DNA of 64,000 nucleotides from positions 62,001 to 126,000 of IMG/VR virus record IMGVR_UViG_3300042147_000020. One strand, written 5' to 3'. The first letter of the stretch is position 1. Each line of letters starts with the position of its first letter. The notes under the pieces are model-generated. The model searched no databases. It saw nothing but the letters and a program-made list of their open reading frames with translations, and was not told the origin of the DNA. The translations under genes were made by a program, and so were the position numbers. Positions 10,063 to 19,961 of the stretch are shown here, one piece after another.

Positions 10063-10914
10063 TTAAAACATCGAGAGAATGATACCTTTAAAGACCGGAT
10101 GTAGCGGTTCCGAACGGATGTCCGACTTCATCTTATCCAGCGACGTCGTGGGGTTCCAACGATGCGCTTCGGCTAACTCAATGATCTGTTTCTTTTCCTT
10201 TGCGGGGAAAGTGCCAAAATGAACTCCATCACCAAAGAACTGTAACGTCACATGGTTGAAGGGCATTCTCGCAAGGTCCTTACCTCCTGTCAGCTTGCTG
10301 TTCCAGGAAGTGTAGGACTTCACCTTGCCTGTGTGGGATTCCAACAGGCGAAGCTTGGTGAAGTTGTAGCGAGACAACAGATCCACAGGCATGTGGGTGA
10401 TGATCAAAGCATCGTCGTTGTTCCCGCTGAGTTTCAAGTCAGACATCAACACAGGGCGATCCTGCATGACACCTGACAATTTCTGAATCACTCCGTCCTC
10501 CAAACCTCGAAGGAACATCTGCTTTTCAGTTTTCAGTTCCCTATGAAAGCAGTGTGGGTATTCCCGCATGATGCTTTTATAAGACTGACAGTAAACAACC
10601 ACCTTACAACGGTCGTGGGTGTAACGATCCACAGCCGCTTGGATGATTTGAATTTCTGCGGTTAATGCATCCACCAGAGGATCGGGGAACACCTTACTGT
10701 GGTCAGCCGTTGGGATGGCGCCTAAGATGTTTCTTATTAATGTACGCACGTTGATCCAAAGCGCATTCGCACTGAGGATCGGGGGTTTGCTTTTATGCTC
10801 GGGCATTTCTTCCGAAATGCCAAAAGCACTCTCCAACGCTAAAGCCGTAGCAATGGAAACGGGAACTTGCGTCCCCACCTCACGATCAGCTAGGACTTGA
10901 TAGTACTTGTCCAT
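10063..10914 (-). CDS. Divergent FEN/PIN-like (T4 RNase H-type) 5' nuclease homologue
   Basis: 283 aa. INVRTLIRN, LIITHMPVDLL and LQFFGD resemble the FEN layout, but acidic sites are partly missing. Adjacent to SbcD. Confidence 0.4.
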   Translation of the reverse strand: MDKYYQVLADREVGTQVPVSIATALALESAFGISEEMPEHKSKPPILSANALWINVRTLIRNILGAIPTADHSKVFPDPLVDALTAEIQIIQAAVDRYTHDRCKVVVYCQSYKSIMREYPHCFHRELKTEKQMFLRGLEDGVIQKLSGVMQDRPVLMSDLKLSGNNDDALIITHMPVDLLSRYNFTKLRLLESHTGKVKSYTSWNSKLTGGKDLARMPFNHVTLQFFGDGVHFGTFPAKEKKQIIELAEAHRWNPTTSLDKMKSDIRSEPLHPVFKGIILSMF

Positions 10915-12022
10915 TCAACAACTCCTGAGTGGCTGCGATCAGCACGGGATCGTCGGTACGCTCCCGAACGCGTTTCATGACCATCTCAATAATATTGTCG
11001 GGGGTGATGGCAGCAGGAGTGAACGGAGTGATGATTGCGGAAACGGCTTCCCGATTAATCTTCTCCCCACCTACTGTCTTCTGGGTTAACCAGTGTAACC
11101 TGTAACGATCGGTAACTTCCTTGAAGCCCACCAGTATCGGTGCTCCCTTCTCGGCAATGATCCGCACATGACTATCAATCGGCATGGTGTTGATCAGGTT
11201 GTCGATCTTGGTTAAAGCTTCGTCTAAAGGCAGTCCCGTACAATCCACAGACTTATACAGCTTAGCCCCTTCAGTTACCACAAAACGAATCTCGTGGTCT
11301 ACGTTATCCCGATCCACCACTACACGGTAATGTCCTTTGTCTTCTTCTTCACCGTGAGTCAGGCGATCAAAGGAACCAGCAGCGAGAATGTTACCGTACT
11401 GCGAACGCTTGTGGATGTGGCCACCGAATACAAAGTACTTGGTGATCTCCATATAACGCTCAGGAATGTGGGTCGGCACTGGTACGTGAGAAGGAAGCTG
11501 GTAGTTGAACGCACCGTGTAGCACAGTGAAGTCTACCTGAGACAAGCCTTTCTCATGCAATTCCTTACACACGTCTTTCCAAACTTCGTCTGTCTCGTGT
11601 TTCCATTCGTCTGGGACGTACAGGACATTGATACCGAAACGTTCGATGTGTTCGATCGACAGGGACTCTACCCACTTGATGTCGCAGCCAATGTCAGCTA
11701 CGTCGTTCTCGGTGATAAAGTGTACCGACTGTTTCCAGTCGTGTGACGGAGTGCCTTCCAGAATGCGTACCACAATGTCCCTACGCTTACACATGTGCAG
11801 GAACAAGAACATCCAGCGACGAATCAGCGAGATGTTTGGATCAGGGTAATACACCAACCGATCAAACAGATCACCAGCAATGATGATCATGTCCAACTCA
11901 CCTGTCTCAGCGTTATCAGGAAACGCCTTTTGCAGGTTCTTCAGAATGTGGTCGGTTGATGTCTTGTTGTGCAGAAGGTGAACATCCCCCATTTCACCTA
12001 TACGCAACTTACGCCAAGTCAT
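10886..12022 (-). CDS. sbcD: SbcD/Mre11-type metallophosphoesterase nuclease
   Basis: GDVH, AGDLFD, EGTPSHD, LHGAF and GGHIH: complete calcineurin-like motif set. Confidence 0.9.
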   Translation of the reverse strand: MTWRKLRIGEMGDVHLLHNKTSTDHILKNLQKAFPDNAETGELDMIIIAGDLFDRLVYYPDPNISLIRRWMFLFLHMCKRRDIVVRILEGTPSHDWKQSVHFITENDVADIGCDIKWVESLSIEHIERFGINVLYVPDEWKHETDEVWKDVCKELHEKGLSQVDFTVLHGAFNYQLPSHVPVPTHIPERYMEITKYFVFGGHIHKRSQYGNILAAGSFDRLTHGEEEDKGHYRVVVDRDNVDHEIRFVVTEGAKLYKSVDCTGLPLDEALTKIDNLINTMPIDSHVRIIAEKGAPILVGFKEVTDRYRLHWLTQKTVGGEKINREAVSAIITPFTPAAITPDNIIEMVMKRVRERTDDPVLIAATQELLNGQVLSSPS

Positions 12023-12569
12023 AGTCGTCCGAAAGGAAATCACCAGTGGCCAAAGGAACAGCTACTGGTTTAGCGGCTGCGGCTGCAACTTCTTCAGGCG
12101 TGTCTGTGAAGCCCGTCACGTTGTAGTAGGCGAAGACTATACGCCACTCTGCGATCTCTTTAGGATCGAGTGCACCGTCCTTCACACGAGCTGTCAGCAC
12201 GTTCTTCAGGTAACGCTGACCGAGCTTCGGTACAATGTCATCCTTCTGCATCGCTTTGGAGATGTGTTCGAACATCGAGTCACGAGAACCACGCGCTTTG
12301 TGCAGGTTCATCGAACGACCAATCGCCGGACACTTGAACAGGAACTCGTTACCACGCCAGACCGTGATCGGACGCTGTACGGAATCGCTGTGACGCAACC
12401 AAGGCTCGTAAGACTTGATAGGTTCCCGGCTGATAATCATCGGGAGAATCGTGGTACGGAAGACCTCTTCCTGTACTCGGGGTAAATCTTCTTCGAATGC
12501 TTTTGCCAATACCTCGAACGCGTTTTTAACTTCGTCTGTATTGGGTACCGGTGCGCTTAGTGGGTTCAT
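12009..12569 (-). CDS. Hypothetical protein (conserved block)
   Basis: 186 aa in operon, RBS present. Confidence 0.75.
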   Translation of the reverse strand: MNPLSAPVPNTDEVKNAFEVLAKAFEEDLPRVQEEVFRTTILPMIISREPIKSYEPWLRHSDSVQRPITVWRGNEFLFKCPAIGRSMNLHKARGSRDSMFEHISKAMQKDDIVPKLGQRYLKNVLTARVKDGALDPKEIAEWRIVFAYYNVTGFTDTPEEVAAAAAKPVAVPLATGDFLSDDYDLA

Positions 12570-12657
12570 TAGTTATTTCTCCTACAAAACTCCTAGGGTT
12601 GTTATACCCTAGGAGTTTTGTATAAAGAGTTACGTTTGATAGATGGCGGTACTTTCT

Positions 12658-13200
12658 TCAGACAGCCTGGCCGACAGCAACGGACGTAGCATCCAGAGGC
12701 TCATCGGACAGACGGTGCACTTCAACGAAGTACACTTTGTTCGGCACTTGGCCGATCTTTGTAGCGAACTCGCGGCTGATCAGTTCAACCATGACCGGTT
12801 CCACAGGGACGGAGTCAAACACATCTTCGCCATCACGACGAGTATGGATGTTCAACTGGTTCGGGCAGATCGGATGATCGGCGGCGTCCTGGTATACGCG
12901 GTACATAGTATTAAGGCTCATGGCCTCCAGGAAGGTGAACACGATTTCAGGGGCTGCCGGAGCCTCTTCGTGATGGTGAAGACCATGCTGCAACGCGTTC
13001 AACTGAGTGCGGTGCATCTGGTTCACATTCATGGACAGGTCACGAATGGCCGACAACAGCGTGTTCTCCAACTCATCCTGACGCTGTTCCAGTCGAGCCA
13101 GACGTTCTGGGGTCGTCGGCGGACGCTGTGTTGGGGTCACTGGATCAGGAGTGTGGAGGTTGTGAAGGTCAGGAGCTTTGGTAAGGCCTGCATGAGACAT
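12658..13200 (-). CDS. Hypothetical protein
   Basis: 180 aa, GGA-containing RBS, fills the gap in the operon. Confidence 0.7.
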   Translation of the reverse strand: MSHAGLTKAPDLHNLHTPDPVTPTQRPPTTPERLARLEQRQDELENTLLSAIRDLSMNVNQMHRTQLNALQHGLHHHEEAPAAPEIVFTFLEAMSLNTMYRVYQDAADHPICPNQLNIHTRRDGEDVFDSVPVEPVMVELISREFATKIGQVPNKVYFVEVHRLSDEPLDATSVAVGQAV

Positions 13201-13211
13201 GGGTTCTTTCC

Positions 13212-13616
13212 TTAATTACCGTTGTTGGCGTCGAAGATCGCTACGACTTTCGAGTTGATGATTTGAAGTTGCTTACCCACACTGTAAGTTACCCCGTCTT
13301 GCCCCACTTGAGCATCCACCCGTAGGCTCAGCTCACCTGGCTTGTTGGCGTCTTCCACCGCAACTGTCACGTCCACTTGGACTCGGTCGAAGTACGGCCT
13401 TAGTAGGTTAGTCAGGACTTTGGTAGTTTCTGACAGCAGTAGGCTTTGATTCTCCGAACAGATTTTAATAATGTACGGAAGAGAAGCAATGTTGCCACGG
13501 TAAAGGTGGCTCTGGGAGAAATCACTTACAAAGAAGTAACCTACCAGCTTGTCGAGTTTCTCTGAAATGTTCCCTACCCAACCGGAAGCACTCAGACTAG
13601 GTACTTGCACTGCCAT
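13212..13616 (-). CDS. Conserved hypothetical protein
   Basis: 134 aa starting MAVQVPSLSASGWV, GGAG RBS. Confidence 0.75.
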   Translation of the reverse strand: MAVQVPSLSASGWVGNISEKLDKLVGYFFVSDFSQSHLYRGNIASLPYIIKICSENQSLLLSETTKVLTNLLRPYFDRVQVDVTVAVEDANKPGELSLRVDAQVGQDGVTYSVGKQLQIINSKVVAIFDANNGN

Positions 13617-13701
13617 GAGATGGCCCTCCTATGAGATCATAGAATGGCTCAAGACTGGCAACCCAACAAAAAAAGAAGGGGAGCCGAAGCTCCCTTTCAG
13701 T

Positions 13702-14319
13702 TTACAGTGAGGCGTTGTGCTTACTGGTCGGGTCATCCCGACGCTTACGGATTTCACGAATGATGTTCGAGATCGAATCTTTGAGATCCATCTGCTCGTC
13801 AAAGCGGAGTTCGTGATCACCTTCTAACAGTTCTTCGAAGAAGGTCCACGCTTCCCAGCCGCCATCATCGCGTTCTTCTACTATACCGTTGTTCAGGCGA
13901 CGGTAGTCGTAGTGGTCATGGCCAATCGCGTTCCCATGGATGTTCTGATAGGTATCAGAGTAACCATCCAACTGTTGACGCAGGAACATTGTACGGATTG
14001 TTGGGTCAGCCATGATGTAGCGCTGCATTACGATTGGAGCATGTTGCATTTGGGCGATCGTATTCAATTGCTTGATTACGTCGGCATCCCACATCGTCTG
14101 CACTGTACGTACGGCTGCACGTGCCGCACGCAAAGCGTTATCCCCGAAGAAATGTGCCCACTTCTCCCGAGCTGTGTCCATGAACAGTCGACCGGAGTCT
14201 GTCAGGTTCTGCGACAGGTTCATCGCTTGGTCTTTCAGATACTCAATCGTGTTCTGGTCACGTGGTGCGTACGCCAGCTCGTTAAAAGCTAGGGTACCAC
14301 CTTCAATGTAAATCGCCAT
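13702..14319 (-). CDS. Conserved hypothetical protein (near the phiKZ gp59/Imp3 position)
   Basis: 205 aa, strong AGGAAGGAG RBS, followed by a terminator. Confidence 0.7.
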   Translation of the reverse strand: MAIYIEGGTLAFNELAYAPRDQNTIEYLKDQAMNLSQNLTDSGRLFMDTAREKWAHFFGDNALRAARAAVRTVQTMWDADVIKQLNTIAQMQHAPIVMQRYIMADPTIRTMFLRQQLDGYSDTYQNIHGNAIGHDHYDYRRLNNGIVEERDDGGWEAWTFFEELLEGDHELRFDEQMDLKDSISNIIREIRKRRDDPTSKHNASL

Positions 14320-14362
14320 GGTTACGCTCCTTCCTCACATACCTTACGGACGGGATGTAAGA

Positions 14363-14641
14363 TTAAACAAGGGAGAAGCCCCGCTGTTCCAGCCATTCTG
14401 CCGAAGAGTTAGAAGCCACCAGTGCCATTGACTCATCGTCGCCGGTTACTAGGTACAGGTCGTACTGGATCTTTCCGTCAGCTTCACGTTTACGAGCAGT
14501 GAAGGAGATCTTGCGGGTCTTCAGTTCATCGCGCATCTTGGCGAAGTCTTCAGGGGTTTGCTTTACCAGGGTAAGGTACATGGCGGGCGTGCTACATTGC
14601 CCGGACTTAACCATCTCCACTATTTTATCAACATTACACAT
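14363..14641 (-). CDS. Hypothetical protein
   Basis: 92 aa between beta' and the 205-aa gene. Confidence 0.65.
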   Translation of the reverse strand: MCNVDKIVEMVKSGQCSTPAMYLTLVKQTPEDFAKMRDELKTRKISFTARKREADGKIQYDLYLVTGDDESMALVASNSSAEWLEQRGFSLV

Positions 14642-14694
14642 AATCGACTTTTCCTTAAAAGCGTGGGGACACTTAGATCCCCACAGATTCGGGG

Positions 14695-16116
14695 TTACTT
14701 GCCGTGATGGATAAAGTTGGCGATCGTGGCGATCATTGTGGAGGAAAGACTAACGTGTCCCGAGATTGCTCGTGGGGTACGTAGGTCCAACACACCGTTC
14801 TTGGGCGCCAGCGGGTCCAGCTTCACCAGGGTATCGTGGTCCAGAATCACAATGCCGTTCAAGGCATCGCCGTCAAAGTCAGCGTTCATACCGGAAAGGA
14901 TGTTCACAGACGGACTGATGGTGTTGATCGCTGGGTTCGTTTTAACGCGTTTCACGTAGAGCCGTTGCGCTGACAGACGAGTCAGGGTCGGGTTCCGCTG
15001 GAAGATCACTGGGATGCCGCCACGTGGGGCTTCAGCAATCAGTTCCTTGAACAGCTCATCAAGGAGCGGGTGATAGCACAGGGTGTTCTCGAAGAGGAAC
15101 TTGTTGGCCTCGTTCGGGGTGTAGCCTCGTTTCAGTAGCTTGTTGGTCAAGTGAACCTTGAACGTCATCACCGATAGAGACCATGGAAGTTCCAAGTCTT
15201 CGTAGTGGTGAGGATCAGACAGCGAGGAAATCACTGCACGGAAGGAGAAGCTATCCCGTGATCCAAAGATGTGCTTACGATACCAACCAGGCTTCCCACC
15301 CAACTGGGTAGAGATGAATGGGGCATAATAAGCGACCAACATGTTCAACGCTTTGATCGTTCGCAACTCGATCTCACGCTGACGCAGGGGTGTAGGCGAA
15401 TTCTCAATACTGCTGAACGCTCGCATGGCGTTTACGGCAGGAGTCATCCCGGTGTCGGCGTAAGTGCCGGTAGCGGTGTTCTCCGTGATAAACGTGATAC
15501 GTGAGGGACAGGGCAGATACTTACAGAAGATCTCCTTACGGTACATCTCAATGAACGTGAGAGTGTCGTCCATTTGCTGCTGGTTCTTGTTGTTCGGAAG
15601 GATCTCCCGCAAGAACAGGTTCATCAGTTGATCGAAGTTACGGTAGAAGGTGTTGATCCCTCGACCGAGTTGCAACGACTTGATGTAGTCCAGGACGTTG
15701 TTAGCGTCTTGGTTAGGTGGTTGATAGCCTGGGTTTGTAATCCAGTCTAGCAAGTTCACACCCTTGTACAGGAAGATTGGCTTCAGTACGTGGAATGCCC
15801 ACGGGTTGATCAGTGTGTCCACGCCACGGGGTGTGGTGATCCACAGGAGCGATTCTAGCGGTCGTTCCGTAACAGACATGCAGGTGAACCCGCAGTCGTC
15901 GCAGACAACCCCTACGTTGTGCTCGTACTTAACCTTCTTGCACTCACATGACGGAATCACGTCCAAGGTATCACCCTCGTAACGCGACATGATCATGCGG
16001 TTCAGCTTCTCCCGGTCTTCTTCGGTGGTGACATCGAAGTCGTTGATAATCACTGGAGCCGACGTCAAGCTATTGAACAGCTCATCGTGATCAACAATAA
16101 CTGCTTCTACACCCAT
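14695..16116 (-). CDS. Non-virion RNA polymerase beta' subunit, N-terminal catalytic part (phiKZ gp55-56.1-like), uninterrupted
   Basis: 473 aa. N-terminal CxC...CxxC Zn finger, QRNPTL and catalytic NADFDGD. Confidence 0.93.
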   Translation of the reverse strand: MGVEAVIVDHDELFNSLTSAPVIINDFDVTTEEDREKLNRMIMSRYEGDTLDVIPSCECKKVKYEHNVGVVCDDCGFTCMSVTERPLESLLWITTPRGVDTLINPWAFHVLKPIFLYKGVNLLDWITNPGYQPPNQDANNVLDYIKSLQLGRGINTFYRNFDQLMNLFLREILPNNKNQQQMDDTLTFIEMYRKEIFCKYLPCPSRITFITENTATGTYADTGMTPAVNAMRAFSSIENSPTPLRQREIELRTIKALNMLVAYYAPFISTQLGGKPGWYRKHIFGSRDSFSFRAVISSLSDPHHYEDLELPWSLSVMTFKVHLTNKLLKRGYTPNEANKFLFENTLCYHPLLDELFKELIAEAPRGGIPVIFQRNPTLTRLSAQRLYVKRVKTNPAINTISPSVNILSGMNADFDGDALNGIVILDHDTLVKLDPLAPKNGVLDLRTPRAISGHVSLSSTMIATIANFIHHGK

Positions 16117-16190
16117 GGGGTTCTCCTGAAAATACCGGACATAAAAAGAAAAGGGGCGCGAACGCCCCTTTCATTACCGCTTAGCCGAAA

Positions 16191-18194
16191 TCAGTTACGA
16201 CCCCAGTTGCCGGTGAACGGCGAGCTGAAGAGGCGGGAGTTCTGCTGGGTAGCGGTGCCGTAGTTGAAGAAGTTGCCCACGTTCTGATTAACAACCAGGT
16301 GGTCCAGAGCGTAACCGCCGCGCTGTACTTGACCTGCGTTGTCATCCAGACCTTTGGCCGGACGGACGTTCAGACCCGACTTCACGATCGCTTCCGACAG
16401 TGCGTCCAAGAACGTGTTGTCGAACGATACGCGACGAGCGAAGCCCTTGATCACGATGTCGCCAGAGATCAGTTGACGCAGGATTGCCTTGCGCTGATCC
16501 AGACGGACTTCCAGTGCGATGTTGGTGTTGCGGTGGGTGTCTTCCCACGCTTCAACCAGCTTCGGATTGGTTTTGCCAGCCAGGTTCAGGATTGCGACGT
16601 AGTCCAGCTCACGCAGGTCACGACGATTGCCTTCGCGATCGTAGTAGTAGCCCAGGTGGATGCGATCCTGATCGTCGTAGCAGACCGGAGCCGCTGCGTT
16701 GAACAGATTCTGGAAGTGACCCATGGTCAGGTTGTTCGCCGCTTGCAGGATTGCCATGCGGGCATCTTCGTTGCCGTTGGCGGCAGCGATGAAGGTTTGG
16801 TGAATCCAGCTCAGCTCACCAGCTTCTTCGATGTCCAGGGTGTAGATCAGCTTTGGAGCGATCAGCATGTTGATCAGTTGGCGCATTTCGTTGTCGCCGA
16901 ATTCGGCGCTACGAGTGTCCAGACGATCAGGCTTGGCTTGCGGATCACCGGTCAGGTTGATTTCGTAGCCCAGTGCGCCCAGGTCTTTCAGGTCAACGTC
17001 GTTGCCTTTACCTTTGTGGGTGCGGAAGGTACCGGACCAGTGCATGTTGCGGTTCAGACCCAGTGCAGTGCTGAGTGCCAACAGTTGCAGTTCCATGGTG
17101 ACGGCGTCAGTCATGGTGTCGATGGTGGTCATGACCAGACGAGGCTGGTACATTTGAGTAGCCATCGGCTGCTGCTGTTGGAACATGTTGCCCATCTGCG
17201 GCGCTTGCTGGAAACCGGCAGCGGCAGGTTGGTACATCAGATCAACGTACGCAGTAACGCGAGTGAGCTGACGGGACTGTTGCAGGCCGAACTGTGCATC
17301 GGTTTGGGTCTGTGCCGACATGCCGACAATGATGTCGCCACGAACTGGCAGGCCGACGATGTTCTCTTCATGTTGACGAGTGAAGTCAACACGAGCGATC
17401 ATTTGGTCGTTAGCACCAACTTCACCCAGGGTGAACGGTTCTTCAACCGAGCCCAGCTTGTTGTCCATGATGGTGTACACCGCCTGAGTGGCGTTGTGCA
17501 ACAGACGGTTGAAGCGGGTTTCGGTGAAGTCTTCGGTTTCGCTGTTGACGATCACGCAGCCGCCGTCGTGAACCAAGGCATTGATGCCGTAGCTGTCGAT
17601 GACGAACTTTTCCAGAACCGACCAGTACGACTTGTGCAGGTAGATGTCACCGGCAACAACGTCGACTTCGACCTGAGCACCGTTCAGGTTCAGGGTCGAG
17701 CTTTCCAGCGGAGAACCCGAGGATTCAATCATCAGGCTGTAGACCGCGATGTGGTTCTGACCGCCGACGGCTTCCTTGTAGCAGACCAGGATCGAGCTGT
17801 AGGTAACTGGGGTAGCGTTGTTGTCCAGAACCAGGAGACGGAAGTCAGCCTTCTGCTGTTCGTTCATGGTTTTGGCGATGCGGTCTTTCAGGCCTTGAAA
17901 GATGACGCTGACGTCTTCACCGGCCATGTTACGGCCAACTGGACGACGGTGGTTGGCGTTGATGTCGAGGACCGAACGGCCACGGCTACCGACGCGAGAA
18001 GAAGGCTGGTTCACGTTTGCACCTGCTTGAGCGAAAGACTGTTGTTGGGATTGTTGAGCTTGTGGTTGAACTTGTGGCTGCTCAGCCTGCGGAGCCGACT
18101 GAGATGCCTGGGGATTCAAACCTGCCGTACGCATGGCATCAGCCATTGCATTGTTCGGAGGAGTTTGTTCGTTACGGTTCTTCTGGACGGCCAT
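16191..18194 (-). CDS. chmA: Chimallin, major nuclear shell protein
   Basis: 667 aa, immediately upstream of beta'-N. Q-rich disordered N-terminus, aromatic C-terminal tail, strongly biased codons, early promoter. Confidence 0.85.
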   Translation of the reverse strand: MAVQKNRNEQTPPNNAMADAMRTAGLNPQASQSAPQAEQPQVQPQAQQSQQQSFAQAGANVNQPSSRVGSRGRSVLDINANHRRPVGRNMAGEDVSVIFQGLKDRIAKTMNEQQKADFRLLVLDNNATPVTYSSILVCYKEAVGGQNHIAVYSLMIESSGSPLESSTLNLNGAQVEVDVVAGDIYLHKSYWSVLEKFVIDSYGINALVHDGGCVIVNSETEDFTETRFNRLLHNATQAVYTIMDNKLGSVEEPFTLGEVGANDQMIARVDFTRQHEENIVGLPVRGDIIVGMSAQTQTDAQFGLQQSRQLTRVTAYVDLMYQPAAAGFQQAPQMGNMFQQQQPMATQMYQPRLVMTTIDTMTDAVTMELQLLALSTALGLNRNMHWSGTFRTHKGKGNDVDLKDLGALGYEINLTGDPQAKPDRLDTRSAEFGDNEMRQLINMLIAPKLIYTLDIEEAGELSWIHQTFIAAANGNEDARMAILQAANNLTMGHFQNLFNAAAPVCYDDQDRIHLGYYYDREGNRRDLRELDYVAILNLAGKTNPKLVEAWEDTHRNTNIALEVRLDQRKAILRQLISGDIVIKGFARRVSFDNTFLDALSEAIVKSGLNVRPAKGLDDNAGQVQRGGYALDHLVVNQNVGNFFNYGTATQQNSRLFSSPFTGNWGRN

Positions 18195-18280
18195 CTCTGG
18201 TTCCTTTTCTTTTCGAGGGTTACTAGCACAACATTAGCCAATGCACTATTCTAATACATTTACTGCTAAGTGTTCATGTT

Positions 18281-18298
18281 GGTAATATGTGGCTCAAA
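18281..18298 (-). promoter_or_regulatory. Early promoter (chmA)
   Basis: Minus strand TTTGAGCCACATATTACC. Confidence 0.7.
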
Positions 18299-18412
18299 TT
18301 GCTTTGAATCAACTATTACCGATTCTTTGGATCATGCGCCCATATTCACTAAGTGCTCATCGCACCCAGAAGGATCATTTTCCTTATAAGATATAGTGGC
18401 GTATGTATTCTT

Positions 18413-18703
18413 TTACTTAATCAGGGTATTGCTGATCACACAGTGCACGTAATGTCCTGCGGCTTTAGCTGCTTTGCGAGCATCTATCTCAGCCAACGAT
18501 TCCATCAGTTGCTTGGAATCGAAAGGGAACTCGGTGATGGTGTGACCACGATCCTTGGAGATTCCTAGGACAACGTGTCGTTCGAACTTCTTGCGCTTAG
18601 CCTTCTTAGGCTGTTCTGGGATTTCCACTTCCGGAGCCTTACCGGTTGCACGAGCAATATCAAGGCGCATCTGTGCTTCCCAGTCTTTCAATTCTTTGGT
18701 CAT
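18413..18703 (-). CDS. Small basic hypothetical protein
   Basis: 96 aa with GGAG RBS and an upstream early promoter. Confidence 0.65.
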   Translation of the reverse strand: MTKELKDWEAQMRLDIARATGKAPEVEIPEQPKKAKRKKFERHVVLGISKDRGHTITEFPFDSKQLMESLAEIDARKAAKAAGHYVHCVISNTLIK

Positions 18704-18763
18704 AGCGGTTCAACTCCATAGTTGAGATAGATTAATGATAGATTCAGTGTGGTCTATCACGAG

Positions 18764-18781
18764 GATAATATGTATTTCAAA
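18764..18781 (-). promoter_or_regulatory. Early promoter
   Basis: Minus strand TTTGAAATACATATTATC. Confidence 0.6.
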
Positions 18782-18812
18782 TTCCTTTGAATCCAGTTTA
18801 AGGGCGCCTACC

Positions 18813-19913
18813 ATGTACACCCTCTTTAATGAAACAATCTGGGGTTCGAGCGGTGTTACTATTACTTACCCCAAATACGAGCAAGCCCTCAAAGGTCTAC
18901 GTTTGAATTTGGAGCGAGTGGTTGACTACAACCGCCAATACCCCAGAGCTACCAACAGTAATCACTTCCTCGTGAAATTGCTGCAATCCCTTAACGTACC
19001 ATTATCCATGGACGTCAACATTTACAGGGACAGAGTCACAGAGGTGGCTGAAGGCGTGGGTATGGCCTTGAACCTAACCTCTTCCTTATATAGAGGCCGT
19101 GTGTTCAGTCCCGGTGTGTTCTACGGGAAAGGGTCTTACGAGATCATCATTGCTCACTCTGAGGATTGGGACATCAGCAACATCGAGGATGAATGGGAGA
19201 ACTATCGCCCAGTTACCTTTCTGACTCACCCCAAGAGTGACCTCGACATTGATCTCCCAGAAGGAATGCAGAACAGCTCAGAGACTGGGTTGTCAGTAAT
19301 TCTGGTTAACGTTCCTATGTTGGCCTGTCAGTACAAGATGTGGCGGATGCGGGAGTGGTCACAGAACAGTACAGCACAACGCACCAAGATGCAGTTTGTG
19401 GCCTCGTACCCGTTGACCAACAGTCTGCACTCCCAGTTGGACATCGCTCTCCTCAATCGCTTCCAGCGCATCTACAGGGGTGATCCTGCGGTGCGCTCAC
19501 TACTCACCCGTCCGTTTGCTTTGACTGATTGGTATCGTCATGTGGACTTTGCTTTGGATCAGATGTCTGTGGACTTCCGTAAAAGGAAGATGTCTATGGA
19601 TCAAGCACTGATGTGGATCAAGGGTGTGTCGAACTGGACACTGCGAGATGCTGTACGGATTCCTGCAATGGCACCTACCCGACAAGTGGTATGGGCTTTG
19701 GGGATGGCTCGGGCGACTCTGGTCAAGTTCTTATTGGACTGGACTGTGGAAACTGGGAACGACCGCAATAAACAGTACGCCAACATCATCCAGTTGGAAA
19801 CCAGTCGCATGTTGAATGACAGTGCACTGCGTGGTGCTCTACCACCGGCGGCATACAAAATCTGGGAAGAGATCTTTGAAGAGATCGTCATAAAAGCTAA
19901 ATCGGTACGGTAA
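18813..19913 (+). CDS. Putative virion structural protein (phiKZ gp52 position)
   Basis: ~366 aa on the opposite strand between ChmA and DNA polymerase, as in phiKZ-like genomes. Confidence 0.6.
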   Translation: MYTLFNETIWGSSGVTITYPKYEQALKGLRLNLERVVDYNRQYPRATNSNHFLVKLLQSLNVPLSMDVNIYRDRVTEVAEGVGMALNLTSSLYRGRVFSPGVFYGKGSYEIIIAHSEDWDISNIEDEWENYRPVTFLTHPKSDLDIDLPEGMQNSSETGLSVILVNVPMLACQYKMWRMREWSQNSTAQRTKMQFVASYPLTNSLHSQLDIALLNRFQRIYRGDPAVRSLLTRPFALTDWYRHVDFALDQMSVDFRKRKMSMDQALMWIKGVSNWTLRDAVRIPAMAPTRQVVWALGMARATLVKFLLDWTVETGNDRNKQYANIIQLETSRMLNDSALRGALPPAAYKIWEEIFEEIVIKAKSVR

Positions 19914-19914
19914 G

Positions 19915-19961
19915 CTAAACAGCCAGGGCCGCGAAGCCCTGGCTGTTTAGCCTTTATGCCG
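19915..19961. terminator. Bidirectional terminator with TTTATGCCG flank
   Basis: GCTAAACAGCCAGGGC-CGCGAA-GCCCTGGCTGTTTAGC, a 16-bp hairpin between convergent genes. Confidence 0.8.

Noticed and set aside
14695-16116. Introns, inteins or homing endonucleases in RNAP, DNA polymerase or terminase genes
   Set aside because: The ORFs are continuous and of expected size, with no LAGLIDADG, HNH or intein motifs seen.
16299-18254. 651-aa plus-strand ORF (likewise 6040..7473 + and 53919..55601 -)
   Set aside because: Antisense shadows of highly codon-biased genes (ChmA, gp68-like, sheath), with no RBS and no motifs.
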